Source: Anaeramoeba ignava BMAN
Lineage: Eukaryota; Protista; Anaeramoebae
Assembly (NCBI GenBank): GCA_028826165.1
Contig: JAPDFW010000110.1
Location: forward strand, 1-64,000
Reading direction: 5' to 3'
Length of the DNA stretch: 64,000 nucleotides
The notes beneath the pieces are model-generated. The model ran no database searches. It was not told the origin of the DNA and saw only the letters and a list, made by a program, of their open reading frames with translations. Each line of letters starts with the position of its first letter. Positions within the stretch are counted from its first letter, which is position 1. This document shows, piece after piece, positions 36,901 through 51,004 of the stretch. The position numbers were made by a program, and so were the translations under genes.

Positions 36901-39900
36901 AATTTCTTTATTATCTTCATTTGAATTTTCGTTTTGAATAAATGAAAGTAAATTTTTAAGTATTGGATAAAAAATTGAATAAATATTTTCAATTTGTTTA
37001 ACTTTTAAAAATATTTCAATTTTTTCTATTGAATAATTTAAAAATTTTTGAATAAATCCAAAATTAAATTTTTTTGTTAATTTTTTCTTGAATAAAAATT
37101 GTTGAAAAATTATTCTTCCATAAAATGTTAAATATTTTGAAAATTTATGGAAAATATTTATAATTTCTTTTCTATATTCTTCAATTTTACTTTTTCTAAT
37201 TGTTCTGAAATGTTTTGTATCATTTTCTTCAATTTCTTCTTCACAAATTGAACATTTTTCATTACTTTTCAAACATAAATAAATTGGTTTTTTTTCTTTT
37301 TGAGATTTTTACAAATTTTGATTTTTATAATTGATATTTTCTGAAAATAATTCTTCAATTAATTCATTTGTTATTTTATTAATCATTAATTCATTTTCAA
37401 TTTTTGATAATTATATTTTTCTCGTGTTTTTGATTTAATTGTTTTAATTGAATTGAAAATTGTTTTTGAAATGTTTGAATAATCCATTCATTATAAAGTT
37501 TTTCAATTTCTTCTTTTTCTTTTTGTTTTTGTTTTATTTCAATCCAAAATTCAAATAATTCTTCAATATTATCATTTTGAATTATTTCTTCTTTATCTTC
37601 TTTTATTTTTTCAATCAATTCTCTTATAAATAATAAAAATGAAAATCTTTTTCTCTTCTCATTTTTTCTTTTTGTTTTAAAATTAATTAATTTGGAAATA
37701 AAAAGTAAATTAATTAATTTTTGATGAATTTTTTCAAAATAAATTTGTTGAATTTTTTGAAATGAAATTGTTTTTATTTTTTCATTGGATTGTTGTGAAT
37801 AATAATTGTTGATAATTCTTCTTAAATTAATTTTTAATTTTTGGAAAATATTTTTTTGTTCTGGATTAAGAACCAATTTGATAAAATCTTTTAAATATTT
37901 TTGAATAATTTCATCATTAAAAGATGAATCAATAAATGTAATAATTTTGTTTTGTTGAGAAATTGTTTCATTTTGTTGAATTATTGAATAAATTATTGAT
38001 GAAAATGGGAATTCTTGTTTAATTGTTTTTGTTTTGTAAATTGGATAACAAGGAATTTCAAATTGTTGAAATATAACATCCCAAATTTCTTTCATTTTTT
38101 CATCTTTTGAATTTAATAAAATTGTTAAATTTTCATTTTGATTTATATTTTGGAAAAATATATCAAAAATTTCAATTAAATCTTCTTTAACTTTATCAAA
38201 TAAAATACTTATAAATTTCTTTTTCTCTTTCTTTTGTTTGAAATTATGTAAAATATCAAAAATTTCCCATTTAAAATTTTCATGTTTTGATTTAATTGAT
38301 AATTCAATCATTTTTCTAATTTTTTGGAAAATTTGTTTTTCATTTCTTCATTCTTAAAAAGGTTTTTTTCAATTAATTCTTTTTCTTTTTTGAAATTTTC
38401 ATTTGTTAAATCTTTTTCTTTTGAAAGAATTATTCCTAAATTTTCTATTATTATTTTTTCTATTTGTTTGTTTTTTTGTAAATAATCAAATGATTCTAAA
38501 AGATTTTGAGGTAAATTTTTAAGATTAAATAATGTTTCAATTTCTTCAATATAATAATGTTCCCAATTTTTTTCAAAATAAAAAGGAAATGATTTAGAAT
38601 TTGAAGTGAAAGATAAATGAATAAATAATATAATATAAGAGTTCTCTATTCTGTTTTGATTATTATTATTGTTTTGAGAAATTATTTGTTCAATTAAAAT
38701 TTTAATTTGATAAAATAATTCAATTTGATTTTGTTTGAAATGAATAATTAAAATATTTTTTTCTTTTGGAATATTGGAAATTAATTCTTCATTTTCTTTT
38801 TTGATAATTTTATCTTTGTTTTGTAAATCTAAAATTTTAAATGAATATTCTGAATATTTTTCTTCAATTTTCCCAATTTCTCTTTTATATCCTCTTGTGA
38901 AAATTATTGATTTTTTCACTTTATTTTTTAAAATTTCTTCATTTAAAAGTTCTTCAAAATTATTGTAAATAGATGAAAAATATTCTTCTTTAATTTGATT
39001 AACTTTTTGAATTTGTTTTTCTTTTTGTTTTTTTGATAATAATTCTTTAATTTCAATCATTTTTTCAAATTTAAAAAATTGAATAATTTTCTTTTTGATT
39101 TTTTCTTCTTGATCTTTTTCATTTTGATATTTAAGAATAAGTGAAGGAAATAAGTTTTGATTAAATTCAATAATTAAATCTTCTTTTTTAATTTTGTTTT
39201 CAGTAAATTTTTTGATTGGATTGAATATTTTGAATATTTTGGATATTGATTCTTTTGGAATATTAAAAGAAGAAATATCAATTAAATGTTTTTCAAATTG
39301 ATTTAATAAATTAGGTTGATTAAATTCATATTTAATTGCTTTTGTTGTTATAATTATTAATCTGAAATTTGGATTCATTTCAATTTTTCTTATTTCATTT
39401 TCAAAAATAATTGTTATATAAAATTTTTCATTTTCTTTAATATAATTTTGATTAAATAAATCATCTAATAATGGATAAATTTTTTGATAATCAAGAAGAA
39501 TTAACATTTTTCCTTCATAAATACATTTTTCAATAATATTTAATGCTTTATTAATTTCTTGATTTTTCTTTTTCTATTTGTGATTCTGATTTTATTAATG
39601 AATTTGAATCAAATAAAATGATTGAATTTCTTGAAAAATATTGTAAAATTATTGAAAAAATTGAAATATTTGGAATAAATATCATTAAATGTCTTGATGT
39701 TTTTATAAAATCTGAATATTTTTGAATTTCATTTTCTTTTGTTAATTTTTGAATATTTTCTTTTATTGATTGAAATGGATTGAATTTTGGAAGTTTTTCA
39801 AATCCTTCAATTTTACTATTTTTCAAAATTTGATTTAATATTTTTGATTTAATTCCAAAATTTCTAAAAAGAGATTCATAACAAATATCTAAAATTCCTT

Positions 39901-42900
39901 TTTTCTTTTGTTCATTTCCATAATAAAATCCAATATTATTAAGGAAATATTGATAATCTTTAATTCCATAAAAATTTAATGGTGGTTGATTTTCTTGAAG
40001 AATTGTTTTAAATTGTTTTGAAATTATTTCATTTTGATTTTGATAAATTTTAGAAAATAATTCAACAAAAATATTAGGATAATTTCTTCGTATTTTTTTA
40101 GAGAATGATTTTATAATTTCTTTTGTTACAATTTCTAATTGATTTCGATTTAAATTTAATAATAAATTTCTTGAAGTTAATCCTGAAATTTCAAAATTTG
40201 TATTTATATTTGTTAATAAAATCAATGTAAATTTTGAATTTGAATTTGAATTATAAATCATTTTATTCATAATTTTTTTGATTTTTGAATGAATCATAAT
40301 TAAATTTTCTTTTGATAAATTTGTGAAATTTTTTAAAATTATTATTGGAATGTTTTGTTGTTGTTTTTGTTTTTTGATGTTTTGAAATTGATTTTGAAGA
40401 TATTCTTGTGTAAATATTTGTGAACATTGAATTTTAAATCGTTTTATTTGTGGAAGTTTCCATTGTTTTAAAATTTGATTTTCATTTTTAGAAGATGAAA
40501 ATGAATTGAAAATAGATTGAAAAGATTTTTTTGAAATTGCTATTTTTGTTTTAAATAAAAATAAAATAAAAATAAAATTTAATAATTATTTTGTTATTGT
40601 TATTGTTTTTGTTATTAATTTACCTAAATTATCAATTATTAATAAAGGTATTTGTGTAAAAAATGAAATAAATATTGATAAAATATTTTCATTAAAATTT
40701 TGATTTTGGAAAAGATTTGTTTGGGTTAAATTAAATTGAATTGATTGAATTAAACTTTTTGTTAATTTATCAATAATTTCTTTAATTTTTATTTTTCTAA
40801 ATCTTTTTTAAAATTTCCACTTATTTTAATCTTTTTGAAATTTTCTTCAACTTTTAATAAAAATTTATCTTTTTCTTCTCCAATAAAATATGATCCATAA
40901 ACAACAAATAAAGATAATAGCATACTTTCTCTAAATATAATTCGATTTGTATTTGATGGATAATTCAATTTTTTGCAAATTTCTTTTTCAATTAACCATT
41001 GGAAAATATTGAGAAATATGAAAACATCTTGTAATGATTGAATAGAATAATTTGTTTTGTTTTGTTGTTGAATATAATTTCTTGAAAAATTAATTGTTTC
41101 TAAAATAATTTGAATAATTTTTTCTTTATCAATATTAATTAAATTTTTTGGAAATTTTTGGTAAATCATTGAAAAAATATAATTATTTTCTCCTTTTTCG
41201 CTTAAATTCCCAAAATCATAAATATCTTCAAAAAATGAATCAGGAATTAATTGAGGTTTTGAAATTATTTCTTCAATTATATTTGATTCATTTGATTCAT
41301 TTGGTTTGATTTGAGAAGAATATTTTTTTGATTGAAATGATTTGATTGAAGCTAATAAATTAATTTCATAGGGTAAATTTAATAAATCAAAAGATCGATC
41401 TATTAAAATTTTCTTTAATAAAATTATGCATTCTTTTGATCCTGTATTGAAATCATTGAATAAAATATTAATTTTTGAATTTGGTTTTTCTTTAATAATA
41501 TTTTCAGCTTTTTCAATAATTTGTTCAATATCTTTTTTGTTTGTTTTAGAATTGATATTTAAAATTATTAATTTTTGTTTTAAGATTTCTTCTAATAAAT
41601 AATGAATTAATAAATTTTTCTCATAATCATTTCCTTCAATAAAAATAACTGGAAGTTTTGCTATTAATCTATAATGAATATTGATTAATTTCATTAGGTT
41701 ATTTGAAGTGATAAATTTTGGATAATCTTTTATATCTTGTTTTGAATTAAAAGAATTGAGAATTTTCAAAATCATTTCTTTTTCAATTTCAATTTTCTCT
41801 TCATCATTTTGGAAATTTTCATAAATTTTAATCAATACATTATTGTTTAAAAATTTTTCTAATTTTTGATTAAATAATGATTTGATTTGATTATTGCTTA
41901 TAATTATCATTTCAAGTTGTTCTTCATTTTTGAGTTGATTTAAAAAAATTGGGAAAGTGAAAAATTTTTGATTCCAATCAATTCTATCTTTTAATAAATT
42001 TGAGAAATCTTCAAATTCATTTGTTTCTAATTTTTCTATTTTTGTACTCCATTTAAGATAACGTGAAGAAATATTAACAATAGAATCTAAATAAAATGAA
42101 AATAAATGTGAAATAAATTTTTCATAAATTTCTTCATTTTCTTCTTTTAATAATCCTAATAATAATAATTTATTTGAATCCAAAAATTGACAATTTTGTA
42201 ATAAAATTATTTGTGATTTTAAAATTGAACAAATAATAAATATTATTCTGAAAGTTAAAGGTTGGCCTGGTAATTTTTGTAAGATTTTCTTTTCAATTAA
42301 ATTAAAGAATTCTTTTTTATCTGGTTCTTGATTAATAAATTCTTTTCTTTTTTCAATTTGAAGATTTTTGAATTGTTTGAAATTATTATTACTTAATTCA
42401 ATTAATTTAGCAACATTTTTCAATTTTTTATCTTCAATTTTTTCAATTATAAAATTTGGATTTAATTTAAATTTAATAAATGAAAATTCATCATAATTAA
42501 CTTGACATTCTTTTTCTTGAAAATATTTTAATGATTGGAAATTATTTAATCCATTTTCTGAATTTTCTTTTCTATTACTTGGAATTTCAAAAGCTAAAAA
42601 ACAATTATTTAAATCTTCTTGATTAAAATCGAAAATGAAATTTGATGATTTTTCTCTTTTGTTTTCAAATAAATTCCACATTGTAAATCCCCAAATAAAA
42701 TCTAAAGTTTCTAAATTAGGTGAAAAAGGTAATTCAATATGAAAAAATTTCTTTTCTTTTTGTTTATCTTTAATAAAATCATTTGATATTTCTTTTGATA
42801 AAATGATATTGAAATATAGATAATTTTCTTTTTGATATTTTTCATTATATTTTTTGTGAATTTGATAAGTTTTTCCCATTCCACTAATTTTAGAAGTAAA

Positions 42901-45900
42901 TAATTGTATTTTTGGATAAAGTTTGTGATATTTTTTGTAAATTTGTGTTATTTTTTTTTTGGAAAGAATTTTGATTTTGTTTGTTATTAAACATTTTGGA
43001 AATTGATTAACAATTCTAAAACTTCCAATTTTCTCTTCATAAAAGAAAATTAATAATGGGAAATGAATTGTGAAAGAAATATTTTGAATTTTTTCAGTTA
43101 ATACTTTTAAACATTCTTGAGATAATTTATGTGAATGAATAATTGAAAATAAATATTTGTTTTTTGGAATATTTTCATATTTTTCATTATAAATTTGATA
43201 AATATTAAAGAAATTGTTAATATCATTTTTTGTTGAATTTGAATCACAAAATAATACATTTTCTTTTAAAGGGAAATGATTACAATATCCTAAATATAAA
43301 CTTGTAACAATTTCATAAATTTCTTTTTCTTTTTCTAATTTATAAAAGAAAAATTTTTGATTTTGATTTTGATTTTGATTATCAAAAATTTGATTAAATT
43401 GAGAATTTGATTTTTTTAAAATATTTTCATCAATTTTGATTATTCTTTGTTTGATTGAATTTTTGATAGGAATTAATTTTTCTAATTTATTAATAAATGT
43501 TTTGAAAAAATTTGAATCAATTTTAATTTGAGAAATTTGAATTTTGAAATTTTTAAATTCTTCATTTTTTAAATTTGGTTTAAATGATTTAAGAAGAGAT
43601 AATGAATTATTGTTTTTGTTTTCAAAATGAAATTCTTTTATAATTGAAAAGATTTGTTCTTTTGAGAAAATTGAAAGAATAAATTGAATATTATTATTGT
43701 TATTATTATTATTGATAAATTCTGAAAATAAATCATCAAGTTGTTTTGTAAAATTTCTTTCTTCTTCAGTTTCTTTTTCTTTTTGTAATAAAATTAATTC
43801 TTCAATTTTTTTAAAAATTTTCTCTAATTTTTTTTGTGAAGGATTTATTTTTTGATAAATTTTGATAATAATTTCAAATATATCATTAAATGATTTGAAA
43901 AGTTTTTCATTATATAAATATTCTTTAAATTCTTCTCTTAAATTTTGTAAATATTTTTTGGTTTGTTTTAAATTATTGTTATTGATTTTATCAAAAATTT
44001 CTTTAAATTCTTTATCATTTTTTAATTTTTGTAAAATTTGAATTGATTGATGAAGTAATTCAAAATTATATTTCTTATTCAATGTACTACCAATAAATTT
44101 ATAAATTTCTTGAAATATTTGACTAATTTTTGATAAATCTTTCATTTCTTTTTCATTTTTCAAATTTGGATTAAAAAAATTAGAATAAAATTCATTTTCA
44201 TATTTAAATAATGGAACAACTAAAATAAACCAATAAGGAATTTTGGAATAATTTTTTCTGTCTTCTTGATATTTTAAAATTGGAGAACAAATTTGTTTAA
44301 TTTTTTTATCTTTAGGAATATTGGAAATTTCAAATAATAATTTAATTTCATTTTCTAATAATTCTTTTTTCTTTTCATTTTCATTTTCTTTTTCTAATAA
44401 TTCTTTTGTCTTTTCATTTTCAATTATTTTTAAGAATAAATTTTCAAATTGTTTGATTTTCATTTTTTGATTTGAAATTAATTTTGTTTTTTTTATCAAA
44501 TCATCTTGAATTTGTTTAATTTTATTTTGTAAATCTTCAAATGAAATTTTCTTTTTTTCATTTATTAATGATTGTTGATATTCATTCCAATAAATCTTTT
44601 GAAAAATTTGAGTTTGTTTCATTTTATAAAAATTTTGGATAATTTCTTCTTTAATTTTCAAATTTTGAATTGATTTTTTAATTTCATTAATTGATTTATC
44701 ACTTTCAAATAAATCCAACATTTCTTTAATTTTTAAAATATCTTCTTCAATTAAAATTGAATATAATTCTTTTGATAAGAAGTTTTTTTGTTGATTTAAT
44801 TGTTCAAATTCATTCTTTTAAAATTTGGAAATTTGGTTTTTCGAATATAACCCAAATTTTTGAATTTTCATAATTTTGAATAATAATTTCAGAAAGTTCT
44901 TTATAAGAAAAATTTAAATTTTTTGATTTTTCAATAAAATTTTCAATTTCTTTTTGATATTTTTTAATTGATTCAAGAAATTCAAATTTTGAAATTGTTT
45001 CATTTTCAATTTCTTTTATAAATAATAAAGCATCTATCCAATTATTTTGTTCTTTTTCTGAAAGTGAATTAAAGAATTGAAAGAAATTTTGAGAATTAGT
45101 TGGTAATTTGTTTCCAATATAAGGTTTCCATGATTCAGTTTGTATTTCTAAGGGAATTTTTTGAATAATATTTTTTTCTTTAATAATATCTTCTTTGGAG
45201 ATTTTATCATAATTTTCTTTAACAAATTTTTCAATTAAATTCTTTATAAATTCATCAATTTGATTTATTTTATCAAGTATTTTTGATTCAATAATTATAT
45301 TTAAACGTTCTTTTTCGTTTTTGTTTGTAAAATATGGTTGAGTTTTTAAATTATTATAAATTAATTCTTGAATATTTGAAATTTCCATTTTATTTTGATT
45401 TTTATTTTGATTTTGATTTTGATTTTGATTTTGATTTTGATTTTGATTTTGATTTTGATTTTGATTTTGATTTTGGGTTCCTTTTTAATTTGGATTTTTT
45501 TTTGAATTTGATTTTGATTTTCATTTTCATTTTGATTTTGATTTTGATTTTGATTTTGATTTTGATTTTGATTTTGATTTTGATTTTGATTTTGATTTTG
45601 ATTTTGATTTTGATTTTGATTTTGATTTTGATTTTGATTTTGATTTTGATTTTGATTTTGATTTTGATTTTGATTTTGATTTTGATTTTGATTTTGATTT
45701 TGATTTTGATTTTGAGAAATAAAATCTTTGCTTTTCTTGTAAAAAATAGTCCAATTATCTATCCAATTCCCTAAATTTTCTGTTTTGTAATTTATAATAA
45801 TCTTAAAAAAGAAATTATTTAATTTTCTTGAAAAAAGTTGAATAAAAAATTTGCTTGGTTCATTTCCTGTAAATTCATTGAAAAAAAGATGAGTTAATTG

Positions 45901-47058
45901 ATCACCATTTTGATAATAATTTGTTTGGAAAAGTAAAGTTGTAGTTTCAATAAAGTCTTCAATATTTTGATGATTAAATAAAAATTGTTGAATTTCATGA
46001 TATATTTCTTCTGGTTTAATATTTGAAAATACTTGGAAATCTTCAATTTGTTTTGATTTTTGACAAAAAAAATCAAATAAGAAGAATAATTTCATTTCAA
46101 ATTCTTTTTCAGAAAAAAGAAAATCAACTAAAATATTCCTTAAATCTTCAATATGTGGTTCTTTTTGTATTAATATAAATGATTGAATTTCTTTTTCAAT
46201 TGGTTTAAAAGAAATTTTTGAGATATTTTGGAATACTTCTTTCTTCAAAATATTATCCTGAATAAATTTTATGAGATAAAAAAATGGAATTAAAAAAATA
46301 AATGGAATGCACACTTTTTGATCTTTTTGGAATTGAATTGAAACTTTTTTAATTAAAGTTGGAACAACTTCTCCAAATTTAATATTTTCATTCACATTTG
46401 TTTGTAAATCTGTAATCTCTTTTTCAATTTCTTTAGTTCTTTCAATTTCTTTCTTTTTCTTTTTCTTTTTCTTTTCTAACTTTTCTTTTTCCTGTTTTAA
46501 TTGTTCAATTTTTTTTTTCGTTTCTAAATCAAATTTAAAAATATTGTTATTTTGAAATATCTGAATTGCTTGACAAAAAATAAGAAAGTTTTTTTTCAAG
46601 TTTGAAATATCTTTTGAATTATCTTTGAAATGTGACTCATGAAATTCATTTTGAATTATTTCTTGAATAATAATTTGACAAATTTCACCATCAGAATATT
46701 CTTCTCTTAAATTTTGATCAATGAAAAAAATAAAAATGTGTTCTTCTTTTTCTTGATTTTTAAATGAAATTTTAATTTTGGATTTTTTTCCAGGAATTAA
46801 ACGAGATGTAATAAAGCATTCTTTATTTTTTTGTTTTTCAACGTTTTTAAATTGTTTTTTGGAATAAAAAATTGTTAAATTTTCTTGATCTTTTTCATTT
46901 TCATTTTGAAAACTTTTTTTGATTAAATTTATTTGTTCGCCAAGTAAAAAAGAAACTAATTTATCATTTTTATTTTTATTTTGTGAATTTGGTTCATAAA
47001 AAAAAGTTGCATAAATATAAAAAGTTTTAAATTGGTTTTTGTTATTTTTTAAACTCAT
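33922..47058 (-). CDS. RNF213/mysterin-like giant (~4,300 aa): dynein-like AAA+ core plus degenerate E3 module; seven track ORFs = one gene
   Basis: Collinear RNF213-like motifs: ENVLFCDSNST, FTSKISGMGKTYQI, FITSNNLMKLINIHYRLIAKLPVIF, LFNDFNT, IYDFGNLSEKGENNYI, SLQDVFIFLNIFQW, ENILSIFISFFTQIPLLI, KIQCSQ, FYGIKDY, LFRNFG, LDDLFNQNY, LLNQFEKHLI, WKLCENKH..CEFC, RNLHPITFRIIRLLIH. One GT-AG intron ~40540-40623; ATG 47058. Confidence 0.88.
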
Positions 47059-47262
47059 TTTTAATTTAAAAAAAAAAGGAAAAAAAATGAAAAAAAAAAT
47101 GAAATAAAAAAGGAAAAAAAAAGTGATTAAAAAAAAAAGGAAAAAAAAAGTGATTAAAAAAAAAAGAATTTCAATCAAAGTCAAAATCAATTATTTTTTT
47201 CTCCTTTATTCTAATTTTTATTTTTTCTCATTTTTTTTTTCATTTTAAAAAAAAATTGGAAA
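47059..47262. promoter_or_regulatory. ~200-bp bidirectional promoter between the RNF213-like and C2CD3-like genes
   Basis: Divergent ATGs; TTTCATTT motifs facing each ATG; duplicated AAGGAAAAAAAAAGTGATTAAAA at ~47110 and ~47137. Confidence 0.65.
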
Positions 47263-50200
47263 ATGAATTTACAAACAAAAAACAAAAAGCAACAAAAGAA
47301 AAATAATCAAAAAATAAGAAGAACAATTCCACCAAATTCAATAGGAAAAATAAAAGGATATTTTATAATTCAAATCCATTCAATTTTATTAAAAAATCAA
47401 AATGAAAAAATTCTCATTTCAATTCAATTTCCTGAAGAAATAAAACCAATTATTATTAAAATTAATCAACAAAATTATTCTATTAAATATGAAATTACAA
47501 CTTCAATGCTTAATCTATGTAAATATTTTTCTAGTTTCCAAAAATTATTGATCAAAATTTACAAAGAAAAATTGGATAATTTTTTTGCAAGAATTTTTGT
47601 TAATTTTAATAATTTGTTACTCTTAAATAATCAACCTCAAAATTTCACTATTTCTAATTTAAATAACAAAAAAATTGGAAATATTAAATTATCTTTGAAA
47701 ATTATTCATTTAGAATTTGGTGATATTTTAGATTTCAAAGAAGAGAAAATTTCAAGAAATATTTCCAATCAAAAAATTAATCAAGAAATTCAAAATAATT
47801 CCAATCAAGAAATTTCAAGAAATATTTCTAATCAAGAAATTCAAAATGATTCAAATCAAAAAATTCAAAATAATTCAAATCAAAAAATTAATCAAGAAAT
47901 TCAAAATAATTCAAATCAAAAAATTAATCAAAAAATTCAAAATAATTCTAATCAAGAAATTTCAAGAAATATTTCCAATCAAGAAATTCAAAATATTTCA
48001 AATCAAAAAATTAATCAAGAAATTCAAAATAATTCAAATCAAAATATTTTTAATCAAAAAATTCAAAATAATTCAAATCAAGAAATTCAAAATAATTCAA
48101 ATCAAGAAATTCAAAATAATTCAAATCAAGAAATTCAAAATAATTCAAATCAAAATAATTCTAATCAAAATATTTCTAATCAAAATAATTCTAATCAAAA
48201 TAATTCAAATCAAAATAATTCAAATCAAGAAAGCAAAATAATTGCTAATCATAATTCACACATTTTAATTATTCAAGTTCAAGATTTACAAATTTCTTAT
48301 CATTTTAAACAATATTTCCAACATAGTTATCAAGAAAAACAAGAAATTCAAATTGAAATTTCTATTTCAAATTTAAACAATGAGAACAAACAAACCCAAA
48401 TTTATTCAAATCAAAAATTAAATTCTTTATTGGAAAAAACATTTTTTCCTAATAATGCTTATAATAACCATATTATTCATTCAAATAATAAGAATATTTT
48501 TCTCGTCAACAACAAAAATTTACTTGTTAAATTTTTTCTTTATTCTTTTATCAACAAAACAAAATCCAAAAAATTATTTGGAATTGGGAAATTATTTTTA
48601 GAAATTGAAAACAACTTTGAAAAACAATTTATAATCAAAATTTTACCAGTTAATCAATTCAAACAATTTTTGGAAATTGGAAACTTAAAAACTTTAATCC
48701 AAACAACACATAAATTATTCACAAATGAACCAACAAAAAATTATCCAAAAAATGAGATCAAAAAAGAAGAAGTTTTATTATTTCTTTCAGCAAGAGAAGT
48801 TCAAGATTTAATCCCAAGAACAAAAGGATTGAGAAATTTATTTTTAATTATCAAATTTGATTTAATTCAAAAAAATATTCAATCATTAATTACTTGGGGG
48901 AAATTTAATCAAGGTTATGATTTAAATTTTAATTATAAGTTCCATATTAATTCAACTCAAATTCATTCAAATCAAAAAAACAAACAAAATCAAATTGAGA
49001 TTAACATTTATGATCTTCATAAACAAGAAATGCAAAAAGAATATCTTGGAACAATTTTAATTCCTTTAGATTTATCAAAAATATTTCAAGAAATTGATTC
49101 CTCTCAAAAACAAAGAGAAGAAAATTATTTTGAAATTTTAGATAATTTTTTTGAATTTATTCATCCTTTCACAAATGAAATTTATGGGAAATTGAAAATT
49201 ATTTTATCCCTTTCATTTCCTAAATCAATTCAAACAAAAGAATTAAATAATTTAAATTTAGAAGAAGATAAAAAACAATCAATTTTAACAAAAGAATTAA
49301 ATAATCTAAATTTAGAAGAAGATAAAAAACAATCAATTCAAACAAAAGAATTAAATAATTTAAATTTAGAAGAAGATAAAAAACATTTAATTCTAACAAA
49401 AGAATTAAATAATTTAAATTTAGAAGAAGATAAAAAACATTCAATTTTAACAAAAGAATTAAATAATTTAAATTTAGAAGAAGATAAAAAACATTTAATT
49501 CAAACAAAAGAATTAAATAATTTAAATTTAGAAAAAGATAAAAAACATTCAATTCAAACAAAAGAATTAAATAATTTAAATTTAGAAAAAGATAAAAAAC
49601 AATCAATTCAAACAAAAAAATTAAATAATTTAAATTTAGAAGAAGATAAAAAACATTTAATTCAAACAAAAGAATTAAATAATTTAAATTTAGAAAAAGA
49701 TAAAAAACATTCAATTCAAACAAAAGAATTAAATAATTTAAATTTAGAAGAAGATAAAAAACATTCAATTCAATCAATGGAAAAAATAATAGGATTACAA
49801 TTAAGTTCCACAAATTTAAATTTTCAAAATCCATTTCAAAATCAATTTCAAAATCAATTTGAAAATCAATTTAAAAATCAAATTCAAAATCAAAATCAAA
49901 TTCAAAATCAAATTCAAAATCCATTTGAAAATCAATTTCAAAATCAATTTGAAAATCAAATTCAAAATCAATTTGAAAATCAAAATCAAATTCAAAATCC
50001 ATTTGAAAATCAATTTGAAAATCAATTTGAAAATCAAAATCAAAATCAATTTAAAAATCAATTTGAAAATCAAATTCAAAATCAATTTGAAAATCAAATT
50101 CAAAATCAATTTGAAAATCAATTTGAAAATCAATTTGAAAATCAATTTGAAAATCAATTTGAAAATCAATTTGAAAATCAATTTGAAAATCAATTTAAAA

Positions 50201-50859
50201 ATCAATTTGAAAATCAAAATCAAAATCAATTTGAAAATCAAAATCAAAATCAATTTGAAAATCAATTTAAAAATCAATTTGAAAATCAAAATCAAAATCA
50301 ATTTGAAAATCAAAATCAAAATCAAAATCAAAATCAATTTGAAAATCAAATTCAAAATCAATTTGAAAATCAAATTCAATCTATTCTTTTCAATTCTTTT
50401 TGTGAAGAAACTCAAATTCATATTTTAATTGAATCTATTCATAATCTTCCCCAATCCTCAAATCAAGAACTTTCAATTTTCATCGAATTTCAAAATATAA
50501 TTTACACAACATTTTTAAACAAAAATTTAACAATTCCTTATCAAAATCAAAATCAAAATCAAAATCAAAATCAAAATTCAAATCAAAATCAAAATTCAAA
50601 TCTAAATTTAAATCAAACTCAAAATCAAAATTTAATAATGAAAGTTCTTTTTTTCAATCAAAAATTTCAAAAAGAAAAAAAACCTTTTGCTCAATCTTTA
50701 ATTGATTTATCTCCTTTGTTTTCTGGTTTATCTTTAATTGATTCTTGGTATCATATTTTTGATTTAAAAGAAAATAATTTTAATAACAAAATTTTAGCTC
50801 AAATTAAATTGAGAATTCATTTACAAAAATTTTCTCATTTCCAAATTTTATCAAAATAA
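47263..50859 (+). CDS. C2CD3: C2CD3-like multi-C2-domain centriolar protein
   Basis: N-terminal [21 protein letters not shown]...[16 protein letters not shown] resembles the C2CD3 N-terminal C2 domain; C-terminal [25 protein letters not shown]...AQIKLRI resembles C2CD3 VDLSPLLSG...GWYNITD...GQIKV. Confidence 0.72.
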   Translation: MNLQTKNKKQQKKNNQKIRRTIPPNSIGKIKGYFIIQIHSILLKNQNEKILISIQFPEEIKPIIIKINQQNYSIKYEITTSMLNLCKYFSSFQKLLIKIYKEKLDNFFARIFVNFNNLLLLNNQPQNFTISNLNNKKIGNIKLSLKIIHLEFGDILDFKEEKISRNISNQKINQEIQNNSNQEISRNISNQEIQNDSNQKIQNNSNQKINQEIQNNSNQKINQKIQNNSNQEISRNISNQEIQNISNQKINQEIQNNSNQNIFNQKIQNNSNQEIQNNSNQEIQNNSNQEIQNNSNQNNSNQNISNQNNSNQNNSNQNNSNQESKIIANHNSHILIIQVQDLQISYHFKQYFQHSYQEKQEIQIEISISNLNNENKQTQIYSNQKLNSLLEKTFFPNNAYNNHIIHSNNKNIFLVNNKNLLVKFFLYSFINKTKSKKLFGIGKLFLEIENNFEKQFIIKILPVNQFKQFLEIGNLKTLIQTTHKLFTNEPTKNYPKNEIKKEEVLLFLSAREVQDLIPRTKGLRNLFLIIKFDLIQKNIQSLITWGKFNQGYDLNFNYKFHINSTQIHSNQKNKQNQIEINIYDLHKQEMQKEYLGTILIPLDLSKIFQEIDSSQKQREENYFEILDNFFEFIHPFTNEIYGKLKIILSLSFPKSIQTKELNNLNLEEDKKQSILTKELNNLNLEEDKKQSIQTKELNNLNLEEDKKHLILTKELNNLNLEEDKKHSILTKELNNLNLEEDKKHLIQTKELNNLNLEKDKKHSIQTKELNNLNLEKDKKQSIQTKKLNNLNLEEDKKHLIQTKELNNLNLEKDKKHSIQTKELNNLNLEEDKKHSIQSMEKIIGLQLSSTNLNFQNPFQNQFQNQFENQFKNQIQNQNQIQNQIQNPFENQFQNQFENQIQNQFENQNQIQNPFENQFENQFENQNQNQFKNQFENQIQNQFENQIQNQFENQFENQFENQFENQFENQFENQFENQFKNQFENQNQNQFENQNQNQFENQFKNQFENQNQNQFENQNQNQNQNQFENQIQNQFENQIQSILFNSFCEETQIHILIESIHNLPQSSNQELSIFIEFQNIIYTTFLNKNLTIPYQNQNQNQNQNQNSNQNQNSNLNLNQTQNQNLIMKVLFFNQKFQKEKKPFAQSLIDLSPLFSGLSLIDSWYHIFDLKENNFNNKILAQIKLRIHLQKFSHFQILSK
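49224..49775 (+). repeat. Coding 54-bp tandem repeat x~10 ([18 protein letters not shown])
   Basis: 18-aa period visible in the translation. Confidence 0.92.
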
Positions 50860-51004
50860 AAATAAAAATAAAAAAATAAAAATAAAATTTGAAATTGTTT
50901 TTAAGTTTTTCTTTTCTTTTATTAACAAAAATATCAAAAAAAAAACAATTTTTTTCAATAAAAACAAAAAATTTCAAATTAAGTTTGATTTGTTTTGAAT
51001 TGAT

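Noticed and set aside
33922-47058. Programmed ribosomal frameshifting (AAA-TAA / AAA-TGA at ORF ends, Euplotes-like)
   Set aside because: The breaks need a mix of -1 (40789, 38308) and +1 (44810, 39551, 37397) corrections, all in A/T homopolymers. Similar breaks hit conserved genes such as Sec6, APE1 and BEACH. This is typical of long-read indel error.
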